Shown in pieces: positions 27,516 through 38,251 of a stretch of 64,000 nt of DNA. Location: positions 33,217-97,216 of the IMG/VR virus record IMGVR_UViG_3300045988_126669. One strand, written 5' to 3'. The notes beneath the pieces were generated by a model that did no database searches, was not told the origin of the DNA, and worked only from the letters and a program-made list of their open reading frames with translations. The stretch's first letter is position 1; every line of letters starts with the position of its first letter. A program made the position numbers and the translations under genes. The stretch comes from a virus.

Positions 27516-29255
27516 TTAATTTAAAAAGCACCAATCAGACGCATTAAACTTTTTACGTTTTTTCTTTTTATCTTCTTCAAGTTTTAAATAATATAATCCA
27601 TATTCAAAAGCCGAAAATTTATCTTTACGAATTCCGCGATTTGCCTATTTTAAAATAATATTAATACCTTCATTTTCTTCGCGTAAATTCATCATTTCTT
27701 CTTTTAATATGGAGGTTAAAGTAAATGGTTTTAAATAATCTGCCCTTTGTTCAGGAGTCATTTTTGAACCTTTTTGAGTAGCTAATAATTTTTCTTTAGC
27801 TGTTCTCTCATCTATTAAGAATTTTACCTTACCCGCTTGTAATTGAGTCTGAGCATTAGCATGACATTCAGTATTTATTGGAGCATTTGCTTTAATAACA
27901 TACATAGCATCAAATTGAGTATTTGGTGTGCGATATTTTTTATAATATCCATCATCATCATTCTCAACACCAAAATCAGGTAAAAATTCACCATCTTCAT
28001 CATTTTGAGATTTTACCATATAATCCAAAAGTCCAATACCTAAACCATTACCATCTATAACCAAAGTTTTAGCTTTATATTTATAAAATAATTTCTTTAA
28101 TTTAATAGCCTGATCTTCAAAATGATCATCTGACATAGTATACATATTTACTAAAGACTTAATAGCTGGACCTTGGGCTTGTGGTGTTACTTTAAATACA
28201 CAAACTACTGAATCGCATCCTTTACGACCTACATCTACAGAAAGTACATAATAAGCTTGTGCGCCCGCCCGTCCAGAAGCTTCATACTCAGGCTATAATA
28301 ATTTTCTATTTCTATCAAAATGCTCTCCATTAAAGAAAGCATCCTCAACAGTTCCTGACCACTTAGATTCATATTCACGTTCGAATGAAGCTTCATTATA
28401 AGTTCCTTCATTCTTTTGGTCAGTAATAAATGTTTTACTTTGTAATCCTACTGCAACCGGAGTTCGCCATGTTCCGCCCAATACCATACAACGATCAGGC
28501 TAAGTTACCATACGAACCAAGAAACCAATAAGTCTATCATAAGGGAATGTGCCCTTATAACCAGCAGTAGTAATATAGATTTGTGATTTGTTTAATGGCT
28601 CTTGTTCATTGGTAGTGCCATCTTTAGCTCTACGAGAAATTGCCATAACAGGAATAATAACTTCACGAAGAATAGCATCATCAATACCGACACATTCTTC
28701 CATTAGTCCACCATGACGACGCTGACCACGAGTGCTTTCACGGGCTGCGAGGTTATCCAAAACTGAACCATTTTTAAACACATATCTAACTTTATCTTTT
28801 CCTTCAAGAGTTTTTCCTCGACTCCAATCAATTTCTCGATTAAAGCTTGGAATAAGTTCACATATTTCTTGAACTTTATCATGAAGAATACTAGCACCTT
28901 GCTCTTTACCTCCAGAAGTAACGAACAAATGTGCGCCAGGATATAAAATACATCTAATCATCAATGCCATAACAGACAAAAATGATTTAGAATAAGCACG
29001 AGGAAAAACCGCATAAACATACTAATAACGCATAACAGAACGGAGAAATACTCTCTAATAAAAATAAAAATTAAATTCTCCATCTTTTATTTCAGTGCGT
29101 CTTCCTCGCACCATAAAATCTACAAATAAATCAGGATATTCTCTCCAAAAGGCAACGTATTTGCGGATAGTGGGCATTACCGCTTCTACTCGCTCCGGTG
29201 ATAAACCTATTTTTCTACGGCTATCACTTAACTACAGTAAATCTTGTAATGCCAT
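27516..29255 (-). CDS. terL: terminase large subunit (579 aa), TAG-recoded
   Basis: The N-terminus reads MALQDLLQLSDSRRKIGLSPERVEAVMPTIRKYVAFWREYPDLFVDFMVRGRRTEIKDGEFNFYFYQRVFLRS... with TAG=Q. Has an ATPase core and a C-terminal nuclease motif LVIDGNGLGIGLLD. Fragments 28500..28979, 28293..28487 and 27645..28145 are joined by verified in-frame TAGs. TAA at 27516. Confidence 0.85.
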
Positions 29256-30442
29256 TATTTATCTAAACCCTATAAGAACTCATTATCTTGCGCAGATTCC
29301 TATTCTTTAAATTCCTCAAAATCTGCGTAATCACTATCTTTGATAGTTTTTTCAAGTTCTTCAATACTTAAATCAGCATCATCAACGATATCGCTTTCCG
29401 CGTTCTTTGCTTTCTCTTCATCTTCTTTAGCATTTTCACGCAAAGCTTTTTCTACCATTGTGCTAATATTAGTTTCATCTTCAATAAGAGTGCGAGTATA
29501 ACGTTGCATATCTTGAATAGTTAAATCCACTTTATCATGTGGCTATTCAACATAATATCTTTCAATATATCCTTCTTTTTCACACAATTCAATTAATTCA
29601 CCAATTGAATCAACAAATTCACCTGATTCTGCTTTATTTTGAGCAGCAGTAAATTTACCAGACTTCATTAAGCTATCGTATACTTTGCTCATCTTTTGGA
29701 AACCTTCAATATCACCAATATCGATCAATTGATTTGCCTTTAAAGATGTCTTACATATTAGTTTTAGCGTATCTTTATGTCCGGCGCCTTGAATATCATA
29801 AGAAGCCATCATTTCTTCATATAACTATTCAAGTTTAACCCATTCTTCAGGTTTATAAGTTTTGCCCCATTTAAGTCTTAAATAAGTGCGGTCTTCATCA
29901 GTTAAATCTAATTCTTGTTCCACTTCACCACTCTATTGTGCGAAATAATCTTCCGTAGGGGCATCAGGCGGTGGAGCATAAACCGGCTCTTTTAATTCTC
30001 CTTCTGGAATAGTAATAGAACTTTTTTCAATAGCAGTTGCAATCTATTGAGCATCATACCCTTGACGTTTCATAGTTTGCTCTAATTTATTATTTGCCAT
30101 CTACTGTAAAAATTCTGTATCTTTCCAACGATAATCTTTAAACTATTTGAGTTTCATTTTTGACAAATAACGTCCAAGAATTGTCATACCGGTCATAGAC
30201 TGCGGATCGCGTCCATATTTTTCCATTAATTTATTCCATTCATCTGGAACATAAGGAACATCCGCTTCTTGTAAAATCCATAAATAAGTATCTGGATTCC
30301 AATTATCGACGTGCATTGTCATACATTTTTTGCACATGGGGAATTTACCATCATTAGGATATTTTTCTAAATTATTAGATGAATAAAATTCCGTGCCATT
30401 CATTGTGCGATTACATTTTTCGCAATAATATGTTTCAGCCAT
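29255..30442 (-). CDS. hypothetical packaging-module protein (395 aa; N-terminal zinc ribbon; possible small terminase)
   Basis: ATG 30442 with an AAAGGAG RBS. Three track ORFs share the frame. The TAA stop overlaps the terL ATG as TAATG. Confidence 0.4.
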
Positions 30443-30491
30443 AAATAAAAAATTCTCCTTTCAATTATTTATTATAAACAAAAGGACAATA

Positions 30492-31547
30492 TTAAGATTT
30501 TTTGGCCTTAGAATTTCGACAACTTTTACAAATACTATAAAAGCCATCTTTACTTGTTTTATTTTTACTAAAATATTTATTATGAGCTAATTTTATTTTA
30601 CCACAACGACTACATTTTTTATATTTACCTTTTTCAACATTTAAATAATAATTATCTAAATATTCATCTTCCGCAGTCGAAGCAATTAATTTTGGAATTT
30701 TATTACGCCATAAACTTGAAATATATTCAAGACTATGTTTAATACCAAATTCCATTTGTATTTTCTCTTGAATGTCAATATTTTGTAAACCATCAATTTT
30801 ATATTCAACGATTCTATCATAAAGAGGGTAATTAGCTAAAGCTTTATCACAAAGCTTATCAAAATCCTCCATTAAATACCATAAGTCTTTATCGTATTCG
30901 CCCCAACTATCTTGCTTTAATCGGGAATAATTACATAAAACCGCAGAACATATTTCAGGTCTTAATAAACTAATTCCATCAGGAATGGGAAAACCATCAT
31001 CATCAAAAATAAATGTTTTATCATCTAATGGAATATAAGACTTTGATCTGGTTAATTTTGTAGGCACTATTGGACGACGATAAGCATTTTTCATAACATA
31101 CTAATCTTTACGCATTTCAATAAGAGCCTTTTTAATAACAAAAGCATCTTTGCCTTCTGTTACTTTTAATTTAGCCTCCCAAACATTAATGGCTTCTCTT
31201 AACTAATTTAAACTTGGTATCTCTTCTAAATCTTTTTTTGTAATTGTAATATGTGGTTGAAATATTGTATTTCTATTATCTGTAATTAAATTATAAATTC
31301 CATCTTCGCCATTTTCGAGTTGGGAAACAAGACCTTCAAAAGAAGTCTCACGCTTATTAACTGTAGCCATACGATTATCAGTTAATAATTTTTTCTCCTT
31401 TTTTTCTTGTTTCTCCATACAAAGAACCAAATAGTCTGCTAAAATTTCTAAATACTTTTCAGGCGGATCTGGATTATCAGCCAAAATTTGTTCGACTAAT
31501 TGATTTCTTTCTTCTGGAGTTTGTAAAGAATAATCAAGTTTTATCAT
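30492..31547 (-). CDS. hypothetical protein (351 aa) with a C-terminal CxxC...CxxC zinc ribbon; first gene of the leftward operon
   Basis: ORFs 31203..31547 and 30492..31094 are in frame across a verified TAG at 31203. Confidence 0.45.
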
Positions 31548-31571
31548 TTTTTACCTCCAGTCTATATTTAT

Positions 31572-31600
31572 ATTATACTCGAAAAAATTTTTTTTGTCAA
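31572..31600 (-). promoter_or_regulatory. sigma70-like promoter (TTGACA-17-TATAAT) for the leftward late operon
   Basis: Reverse complement of tgtcaa (31595-31600) and attata (31572-31577), ~25 nt upstream of a GGAGG RBS and ATG. Confidence 0.4.
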
Positions 31601-31739
31601 GTTTCATTTAAAATTTTTTCTTTTTATATTTAAAAATTTTTTTAATAAAACAAATAACTTTTGCCCAATCACACTCTACGACTTGACATTTCTTTATTTT
31701 TATTTTATTATTATTATAAGAAAAAGAAAAGGAGTATTT

Positions 31740-32132
31740 ATGAAAACTATTTTTATTATATTATTGAGTTGTGCATTAGTAGCATCACTCCTTTTTTTAT
31801 GGTTATATAGAAAAGCTTTTTGGGTATTATATCAAAAAATGGCAAATTAGCAAAAAGAATTGAATAAATGGCCAATCGCGCAATATGAGTGTATGCTATT
31901 GTTAAATATATTTTATAATTATGATTTTGAGGGAAGAGCAGTAGATTTTTCGCGATATGAAACGCAAGGATTAATTGTTTATAATTGTTTTCATGATGCA
32001 AAAAATAGTCCAAAAGGAATTACAAATGATGGAATTGTTTCATCATTTTATAAACAAGCATTTGTATATGAATTAGATGATGGAACATTTGAATGGGAGG
32101 ATATTGAAGATGGGGCGGAACCAGCCTTTTGA
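31740..32132 (+). CDS. membrane-anchored hypothetical protein (130 aa if TAG at 31848 is read through; 36-aa TM peptide if not)
   Basis: TTGACA(31683)-17-TATTAT promoter and an AAAAGGAG RBS. The ATG at 31740 is in frame with ORF 31860..32132 across one TAG. Confidence 0.4.
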
Positions 32133-32505
32133 AGTAAGAGGGATAGACGCGGTAATATTTAGATTAGAACAAGAATATTTTAACGCAACAAGAGATAAAG
32201 ACCCTTTTGTAAGAGATTGGAAATTATTTAAAACAATACGTATTGAGCAAAAGGATAATGGGTCAAGAACAATTACTTATAAACCTTTATCAGACGCGGA
32301 AAAGGCTCAATTAAGCACCAAAGAAGAGCAACAAGAATATCAGTTGAATAAATACAAATATGTATTAGAGCATCTAATGGAAAAATATGATACAGATACT
32401 ATTAATAGATATATTGATAGTTGTAAATATAAAGATAAATTAATCGAATATATGGAGGAAAAATTAAATGCGAAAACCACTCAGCCCCTTGAAGGCAGTT
32501 GCTAA
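32110..32505 (+). CDS. hypothetical protein (131 aa)
   Basis: GGGAGGA RBS 11 nt upstream of the ATG at 32110. TAA stop. Confidence 0.45.
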   Translation: MGRNQPFEVRGIDAVIFRLEQEYFNATRDKDPFVRDWKLFKTIRIEQKDNGSRTITYKPLSDAEKAQLSTKEEQQEYQLNKYKYVLEHLMEKYDTDTINRYIDSCKYKDKLIEYMEEKLNAKTTQPLEGSC

Positions 32506-32630
32506 AAAGTATCAGCAGAAAGCCACCCATTCTGCTACTTCTGGATTATACACTCTTATGTGGGGTGAAAAACCTAAAAGAGGTAAAAAAAAAGAAGTCA
32601 TGATTTAAGATTTTAAATTATTCTTTATAA

Positions 32631-32689
32631 TTTGAAATTGAAAATTGATTTGTTGTTTTAAATCGTACTTTGAAATTGAAAATTGATTT
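32631..32689 (+). repeat. two 21-bp direct repeats TTTGAAATTGAAAATTGATTT (iteron-like) in the strand-switch region
   Basis: Exact copies at 32631-32651 and 32669-32689. Confidence 0.6.
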
Positions 32690-32859
32690 AGACTGTGTTT
32701 TGTCCACGCAAAAGAAAAAACACAAATCAAAAAAAATTTTTTCCCGAAATACACCCCCCCATCCATAAGAGTCTAACTCGTTTATTCTCTGAGAGTATAC
32801 CAGCCTTACTCTCGCTCTTTTGCGGAACGCACGATGCCATCCCGCACAAACACCCCGGT

Positions 32860-33035
32860 AAACGTTGCTCGGCTCGCTGGCGGTAGTGGCGAGCCGAGTT
32901 TTATAAAAATCAGCAGTTTGCACAAATTTCTCGCCAAAACTTCGTCAAAGCGCACAATCGTCAAAATACCCGAAACTACGCCATCACATTTGTGTAAAAT
33001 GACTATTGACAATCCAGTAGCCATGTGCTATACTT
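32860..33035 (+). promoter_or_regulatory. module copy 0: GC hairpin (ctcggctcgc..gcgagccgag + TTTTAT), TTTGCACAAATTT box, then a TTGACA/TATACT promoter
   Basis: Shares hairpin + U-run, the ...TTTGCACAAATTTC... box and ...CAATCC/-10 with the copies at 36.4, 38.6, 40.6, 42.9, 45.2, 47.7 and 49.9 kb. Confidence 0.5.
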
Positions 33036-33066
33036 GTATCATCAAAAAGAAAGAGGTAAATCAACT

Positions 33067-33438
33067 ATGAAAACTATTATCAATTCTTTTATCAAGGTTG
33101 TCTTCATCATTCTTCCTCTTGTTGTTATTTTAGCTATTTCCGCGCTCAAAACTCCCGAGGCTATGGCTTGTGAGGAAGCGCCCCAGTCCTACGACCTCTC
33201 GGTCATTGAGAATTGGTGTGGTGCAGGCACGGAACGCGGAAGTATTCGTTTCGTCGGTGCAGAGGTCTACGCACGCGAGGGTGATACCCTGACGCTCATT
33301 GACGAGCAGGGCAATCTGTGGGACGTGGAAGCACTCAACATTGATGACAACGACTTCTTGCTCTTGTGGATTAACGACAATGACACTGATACTGTGGAAG
33401 ATGATACAATTATTAAGGTATGGAGAGAGGCTTATTAA
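33067..33438 (+). CDS. secreted/membrane-anchored small protein (123 aa, N-terminal signal/TM)
   Basis: Promoter TTGACA 33006 / TATACT 33029. AAAGAAAGAGG RBS. TAA stop. Confidence 0.55.
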   Translation: MKTIINSFIKVVFIILPLVVILAISALKTPEAMACEEAPQSYDLSVIENWCGAGTERGSIRFVGAEVYAREGDTLTLIDEQGNLWDVEALNIDDNDFLLLWINDNDTDTVEDDTIIKVWREAY

Positions 33439-33567
33439 GTCTCTCTCTTTCTTGCGGATCGGCGAAGATTGTTAAAAAATTAACAAGCAGAAAAGAGTAA
33501 AAAAGGTCTTGACAAATGTGCGGTAATGTGCTACAATGTAGATACAATAAGAAAGGGGAATACTCAA

Positions 33568-33858
33568 ATGACTAATCAGGATTTTTACAAGGCTCTCAAA
33601 GCAGAAAAGGAACGGTTAATGAACGAAAGCAAGCAGGCGTTCCGCGACTGTCAGGTTAAGCGTGGTGAGATGTCGAGGGCATGGCACGAGGTAGACGCGC
33701 TCGAACAGGCAAACAAGTTTGGCACACAGGAACTCAGCGACGCGTATGATGACTACGAGGAAGCCAGCCACGCAAGTATGTTAGCAGACAACTACCTCGA
33801 TGACATTGATGAAGCCATTGATAAGATAAATGAGCTGATAAGTCTTTACGCAGAATAA
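33568..33858 (+). CDS. hypothetical small protein (96 aa)
   Basis: TTGACA 33509-17-TACAAT 33532. GAAAGGGGAA RBS. Confidence 0.55.
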   Translation: MTNQDFYKALKAEKERLMNESKQAFRDCQVKRGEMSRAWHEVDALEQANKFGTQELSDAYDDYEEASHASMLADNYLDDIDEAIDKINELISLYAE

Positions 33859-33989
33859 GGGAGCAGTAATGCTCCCTTCCTAACGGCGTAGATTGTTAAA
33901 AAATTAACAAAGATTTTTTTCAAAAAGGTCTTGACAAATCAGTTAGAATGTGGTATTCTATAATCACAAAAAGGAAAGGGGAATGAAAA

Positions 33990-34199
33990 ATGATTTACGG
34001 CATTGTTTATTACACTAAGGGCGGTCAGGGCTATCTCTTCCAGCAGGCATTCGAGGAACAGCGCGCTATGGAGATTGCAGGTAAGATGAACGACTTACTT
34101 GCGACAGGTGCTACAATGTATAATGACAAGTCCTATGGCAAGCTCGACTTGCGGAATGTCGAGTATTTCACAGTTGAACCCAGTAGCGAAATGTATTAA
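33990..34199 (+). CDS. hypothetical small protein (69 aa)
   Basis: Own TTGACAA-N17-TATAAT promoter and an AAAGGAAAGGGG RBS. Confidence 0.55.
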   Translation: MIYGIVYYTKGGQGYLFQQAFEEQRAMEIAGKMNDLLATGATMYNDKSYGKLDLRNVEYFTVEPSSEMY

Positions 34200-34382
34200 G
34201 GGCGGGAGCGGGCTTCCCGCTCTTTCTCTTGCACCGTGGAGCGCGTGTAGGGCGTCCCAGCCCGAACTTTACCACAGTAAAGCGTTAAAGCAAAATTTTT
34301 TCCATTTTTTGCCAAAAACCACTTGACATTCCTATCCCGAAATGCTATAATAGTATCATCAAAGGAAAGGGGAATACAACAA

Positions 34383-34601
34383 ATGACTATCGAACAGATT
34401 ATGGAGACTTACAGCAAGGGCTATGACGTGATGATTGATGATGGATTCAACACTTGGACTCCCAGCGGGAACGATGAATGGGACGCATTAGATGAGTTTG
34501 GGTGGACTTGCACGAACAAGGAAGTCAATGAAGCGGGCATTAAGGGCATCGAAGTCTTACCGGAGAAAATCGTATTTGTCAAAGTTGGAAAAGAACTGTA
34601 A
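34383..34601 (+). CDS. hypothetical small protein (72 aa)
   Basis: Own promoter (ACTTGACA..TATAAT) and RBS. TAA. Confidence 0.55.
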   Translation: MTIEQIMETYSKGYDVMIDDGFNTWTPSGNDEWDALDEFGWTCTNKEVNEAGIKGIEVLPEKIVFVKVGKEL

Positions 34602-34681
34602 AAAAAATAAAAAAGGGACTTGACAAAAGCCCCTTTGTTTGGTATAATGAATACATCAAAAGAAAGAAAGAGGTAAATCAA

Positions 34682-34804
34682 ATGTCTACTCATGATGGTC
34701 TTGTTCTTCTCGCTATCTATGTTGGTGTTATCGGCGCGGGTGCGCTCATCGAATACATGGAGCACCGCGTAAAGAGAGCGATTCGCCATAGAAAGAGAAG
34801 TTGA
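34682..34804 (+). CDS. 40-aa single-pass membrane micro-protein
   Basis: Own promoter GACTTGACAAAAG..TATAAT and an AAGAGG RBS. TGA. Confidence 0.45.
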   Translation: MSTHDGLVLLAIYVGVIGAGALIEYMEHRVKRAIRHRKRS

Positions 34805-34912
34805 AAAACTTCTCTTTTTTTTTGAAAAAAACACTTGACATTCTTTGCGGTCTGTGGTATTATAATATCAGAAAGGGAAAGGAAAATCCCAAACACCAGA
34901 AAGGTTAATTCA

Positions 34913-35074
34913 ATGATTACTATCAAGACTCTTCTCGACGGCGTTCTTCCTGTCAAGCCCCTGGCCTATGTCCTCGGCGATGACTGGACGTATCTTTACT
35001 CCGACACCTATAAGGGTGTGGAGTTCGATGTCCACGCCTGCATGAATGGCGAGGTCGTCGCGGTGTTAAATTAA
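34913..35074 (+). CDS. hypothetical 53-aa protein
   Basis: Own promoter and RBS, then terminator 35073-35100. Confidence 0.5.
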   Translation: MITIKTLLDGVLPVKPLAYVLGDDWTYLYSDTYKGVEFDVHACMNGEVVAVLN

Positions 35075-35100
35075 GGGCTGAAAAGCCCTTAATTTTTTTT
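35073..35100 (+). terminator. intrinsic terminator aagggctgaaaagccctt + T9
   Basis: Perfect hairpin plus a U-run. Near-identical copies at 35338-35368 and 35691-35717. Confidence 0.65.
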
Positions 35101-35171
35101 ATAAAAACCCTTGACAAATCCAGAAGTAAGTGCTATACTATAATTACAGTAAAGAAAGGGGAAAACAAAAG

Positions 35172-35333
35172 ATGAAATACAGAGTTTACACCGAAGATAA
35201 TTACAGCACTCGCCTTGGCTACTATCTGCCGACTTACTTTAAGACTAAGAAAGAAGCGCAGGCGTATGCAAAGACCCTGACGAAGCCCGCGACCATTGAG
35301 CGGAAATTAGTCAATACGTGGGTCAAGTGCTAA
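35172..35333 (+). CDS. hypothetical 53-aa basic protein
   Basis: Own promoter CCCTTGACAAATCC..TATACT, an RBS and a terminator. Confidence 0.5.
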   Translation: MKYRVYTEDNYSTRLGYYLPTYFKTKKEAQAYAKTLTKPATIERKLVNTWVKC

Positions 35334-35437
35334 GAATAAGGGCTGAAAAAAGCCCTTATTTTTTTTTATAAAAACCCTTGACAAATCCAAAAGCAGATGG
35401 TATAATGTAAATACAATAAAGGAAGGGGATAAAAACC

Positions 35438-35692
35438 ATGACTACTTACAACATTCTTACTATTGGCACTTCTTCTGTTCCGAAGCTCGCGGGCAAATTC
35501 AACATCGCGGACACTGAAAACTTTCTCGACCGGTTAGAGGAAACGCTTTACATTCTCTTTGAATTAGAGCCGAAGTCCCGCGAATGGAGACGCGAATTTC
35601 TCAAACATCTTTCAGCGGACTTCACCTATCACTTTTGTGAAGATTCTCGCGTTGAAAAGTTAGGCAACAACATTATTGTTTATGAGAAATAA
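35438..35692 (+). CDS. hypothetical protein (84 aa)
   Basis: Own promoter, RBS and terminator. Confidence 0.55.
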   Translation: MTTYNILTIGTSSVPKLAGKFNIADTENFLDRLEETLYILFELEPKSREWRREFLKHLSADFTYHFCEDSRVEKLGNNIIVYEK

Positions 35693-35797
35693 GGGCGGAA
35701 ACGCCCTTATTTTTTTTCAAACTTTTTTCAAAAAAACTATTGACAAATCCCGAATCTATGGTATAATAAGAATATAAAAGGAAAGGGGATAAACCAA

Positions 35798-35989
35798 ATG
35801 TTATTTAATGTTTCTATCAACTACTACAACTACAAGGCAAGCGATGTATTCTATTATCGCCATGAAATTCCGGTGTTCGGGCGGGAAAACGCTTGTATCC
35901 TTGCAAAGAAGTTCATCGACGCGGACAACGTTGTTTCGGTCGATGTTATCGACGCACTGACCGGCGAAGTCATCGAGAGTTTGAACTAA
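35798..35989 (+). CDS. hypothetical protein (63 aa)
   Basis: Own promoter CTATTGACAAATCC..TATAAT and terminator 35993-36030. Confidence 0.55.
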   Translation: MLFNVSINYYNYKASDVFYYRHEIPVFGRENACILAKKFIDADNVVSVDVIDALTGEVIESLN

Positions 35990-36120
35990 AAAAAACTCGG
36001 CAGGATATACAAAATCCTGCCGAGTTTTTATACATTTTGCCTATTGACTTTTATTATAGCTCATGTTATACTATAATTGTTCCAAGGGGAACGACATTAA
36101 AAACGAAAGAGGTTGACAAA

Positions 36121-36360
36121 ATGACTTTGGGCATGGTTAAAAATGTGATTGGTCTGGTAAAAGGCGCACTGATGTTCTATGAGGGGAACGGCATTGAAGT
36201 GATAAATGAAAACACTTGCGGGCGCTATCTCAAAGACCGCAAAGGTCGCATGACTCTGAATGGTGAGGTTTTGGGCGTAAGCGAAGAATGGGTGCTGGGA
36301 TTGCCTGTCAGCGGTTTGAAAGCCAAAGATGATGTTCTTATCGTTTATGTTGACGGTTAA
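36121..36360 (+). CDS. hypothetical protein (79 aa)
   Basis: Promoter TTGACTTTTATTATAGCTCATGTTATACT. RBS GAAAGAGG. Terminator 36370-36405. Confidence 0.5.
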   Translation: MTLGMVKNVIGLVKGALMFYEGNGIEVINENTCGRYLKDRKGRMTLNGEVLGVSEEWVLGLPVSGLKAKDDVLIVYVDG

Positions 36361-36410
36361 AAAATAAAAATGAAAATCTCCCCAAAAATGGGGAGATTTT
36401 TTTGTGCATT

Positions 36411-36570
36411 TTACCTATTGACAATTTCAAAACTTTGTGGTATAATCGGCCGGCGCGCGAACGGACCTGGCGCGCCGAGTTTTTGTCAATAGGCAGATTC
36501 AACAAATTTTTGGGGCAAATTTTTGTGCAAAGTGTCAATAGACAGAATCCCGAATCGGTGCTATACTATA
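36411..36570 (+). promoter_or_regulatory. module copy 1: IR-flanked promoter (TTGACA 36418 / TATAAT 36441), GC hairpin 36447-36479 + U-run, TTTTTGTGCAAAG box, then promoter P2 (TAGACA 36539 / TATACT 36562)
   Basis: The 13-bp inverted repeat tgcctattgacaa / ttgtcaataggca brackets the first promoter and the hairpin. Confidence 0.6.
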
Positions 36571-36619
36571 ATCACAGTAAGGGAAGGAAAACCTACCAAA
36601 CCGGAAAGGGATTTACAAC

Positions 36620-36928
36620 ATGATTAACATTCGTTCTATTCTCAAACTCGCTGAAAATGACGGCCTGACTCTCAAATATGGCAAGAAAGTCAACTACAAG
36701 TCCGGCTGGCAGGTCGCTACCAACGGCGTTGAATGTAAGACCGCCCGCGAAGCTATTAACGCGGTTAAGGACTTCGGCGGAAACTGCGGTGTATGGCTTG
36801 CGAACGGCATCTATTATGTTGACAAGTCCAAGAGAGTGCAGACCAAAAAGCAGGCGCTTGAAATTGGCAAGGCGTGCAATCAAATCAGCGTATATGGCTG
36901 GGCGCGCGGGAATCTGGCCTACTGCTAA
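36620..36928 (+). CDS. hypothetical protein (102 aa)
   Basis: Driven by the module-1 promoter P2. TAA. Confidence 0.55.
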   Translation: MINIRSILKLAENDGLTLKYGKKVNYKSGWQVATNGVECKTAREAINAVKDFGGNCGVWLANGIYYVDKSKRVQTKKQALEIGKACNQISVYGWARGNLAYC

Positions 36929-37005
36929 AAAAAATTGCATATAGGGCTTGACAAAACAAGCCCTATATGCTACAATAAAAACATCAAAGGAAAGGGAGAA
37001 ACACC

Positions 37006-37278
37006 ATGGAAATTAAATATGCTTATGAAATGACGCGCAAAGCCGAAGAAGTCCGCAAAGAAATCCAAGCTAAAAATAATGCCCTCGCGCGTGCGTTTAT
37101 CGGAGACCACATCATGCCGGAAATTGAGCGTGTGGCAGGAACGGGAGAAACACTTTACGAGTGTTCTCTTGCTTCATTAAATGACAAGGGCGTCAGGCAG
37201 GCTTGCAAAGATATTATGCAGAATTATGGCTATAAAGCCAGCTACATTGACAACGTTCTTTCGATCTATTGGGGATAA
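37006..37278 (+). CDS. hypothetical protein (90 aa)
   Basis: Own promoter GGGCTTGACAAAAC..TACAAT. RBS AAAGGGAG. Confidence 0.55.
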   Translation: MEIKYAYEMTRKAEEVRKEIQAKNNALARAFIGDHIMPEIERVAGTGETLYECSLASLNDKGVRQACKDIMQNYGYKASYIDNVLSIYWG

Positions 37279-37379
37279 ATAAAGAGGGAAAATTTTTCCC
37301 TCTTTTTTCCAAAAAGCCCTTGACAAATTCAGAAACAGATGCTATAATAACAATACAATACAGGAAAGGGAATGTTATT

Positions 37380-37742
37380 ATGATGAACTTCGAAACTTAT
37401 AGTCTTTTGAGAAAGTGCCTTGATAATGGTACTTTCACCGGAATGGACGTGTTTCAGGCGGAACGGGCTTGCCAGAAATTCGAGGAAGCCCAGGAAGCGC
37501 GGAAACTGAAACAGGAAATCCGCAACACCATGATGAAAAACATGATGCTCGATGTTCTCTCAAAGGCGGAAAAGCCCCTGTGCCCTACGGAAATCCAGTT
37601 TATTCTTTACCGTGAGACCGGCAAAGAATATCCTTGCGCCACCGTTGCATGGTATTGCGGTCATCTTTGCTGGATTGACAGAAAGTTGACCTACACCAAA
37701 AAGGGAAGCCGGAGCTACTACTCCATTAGAAAAGAAAATTGA
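37380..37742 (+). CDS. hypothetical protein (120 aa)
   Basis: Own promoter CCCTTGACAAATTC..TATAAT. RBS GGAAAGGG. Confidence 0.5.
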   Translation: MMNFETYSLLRKCLDNGTFTGMDVFQAERACQKFEEAQEARKLKQEIRNTMMKNMMLDVLSKAEKPLCPTEIQFILYRETGKEYPCATVAWYCGHLCWIDRKLTYTKKGSRSYYSIRKEN

Positions 37743-37819
37743 AAAAAATAAGAAAAAGGGCTTGACAAAAAGCCCTTTTTCTGCTATACTTAATGTATCA
37801 AAGGAAAGGGGAATAAAAC

Positions 37820-37891
37820 AATGGAATGTCCTTATTGCGATGGAAAGTGCGGAACACACGCTCAATGCGTTAAATGCGGAAAGGGGAAATA
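37820..37891 (+). CDS. 23-aa zinc-ribbon micro-protein (CxxC..CxxC)
   Basis: Own promoter GGGCTTGACAAAAAG..TATACT. RBS AGGAAAGGGG. Confidence 0.4.
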
Positions 37892-37894
37892 AAA

Positions 37895-38251
37895 ATGGGA
37901 ACAGAATTCTTAATTGTTGGCGGAATTTTTAGTGCAGTCCTTGCGCTGTTTGTTTGCCTTGTCTGTTGGTGCAACATGGACAAGTCTCACCCAATAGTCA
38001 GACTGTTAGTTGGTCTTCTCATTTCGTGCGCTCTTGGCTACGGTATGACGGGCGCAATAGTCGCGGAACACAATGCCGATAAAAAGGCATGGAATGACGG
38101 CTATTGCTCCATTTGCGGAAATGAAATGGAATTTGTAAATGCTTCTCACGGTCGGCATGGAACAGTTTTTTACTATTGGTATTGCGATGAGTGCGGACAT
38201 ACGTTAGAGCTAACCTCTAACTTTGCAAAGGGGGAAACAAATAATGAATGA
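37895..38251 (+). CDS. membrane protein with a C-terminal zinc ribbon (118 aa)
   Basis: RBS AAAGGGGA. N-terminal TM helices. Confidence 0.5.
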   Translation: MGTEFLIVGGIFSAVLALFVCLVCWCNMDKSHPIVRLLVGLLISCALGYGMTGAIVAEHNADKKAWNDGYCSICGNEMEFVNASHGRHGTVFYYWYCDECGHTLELTSNFAKGETNNE

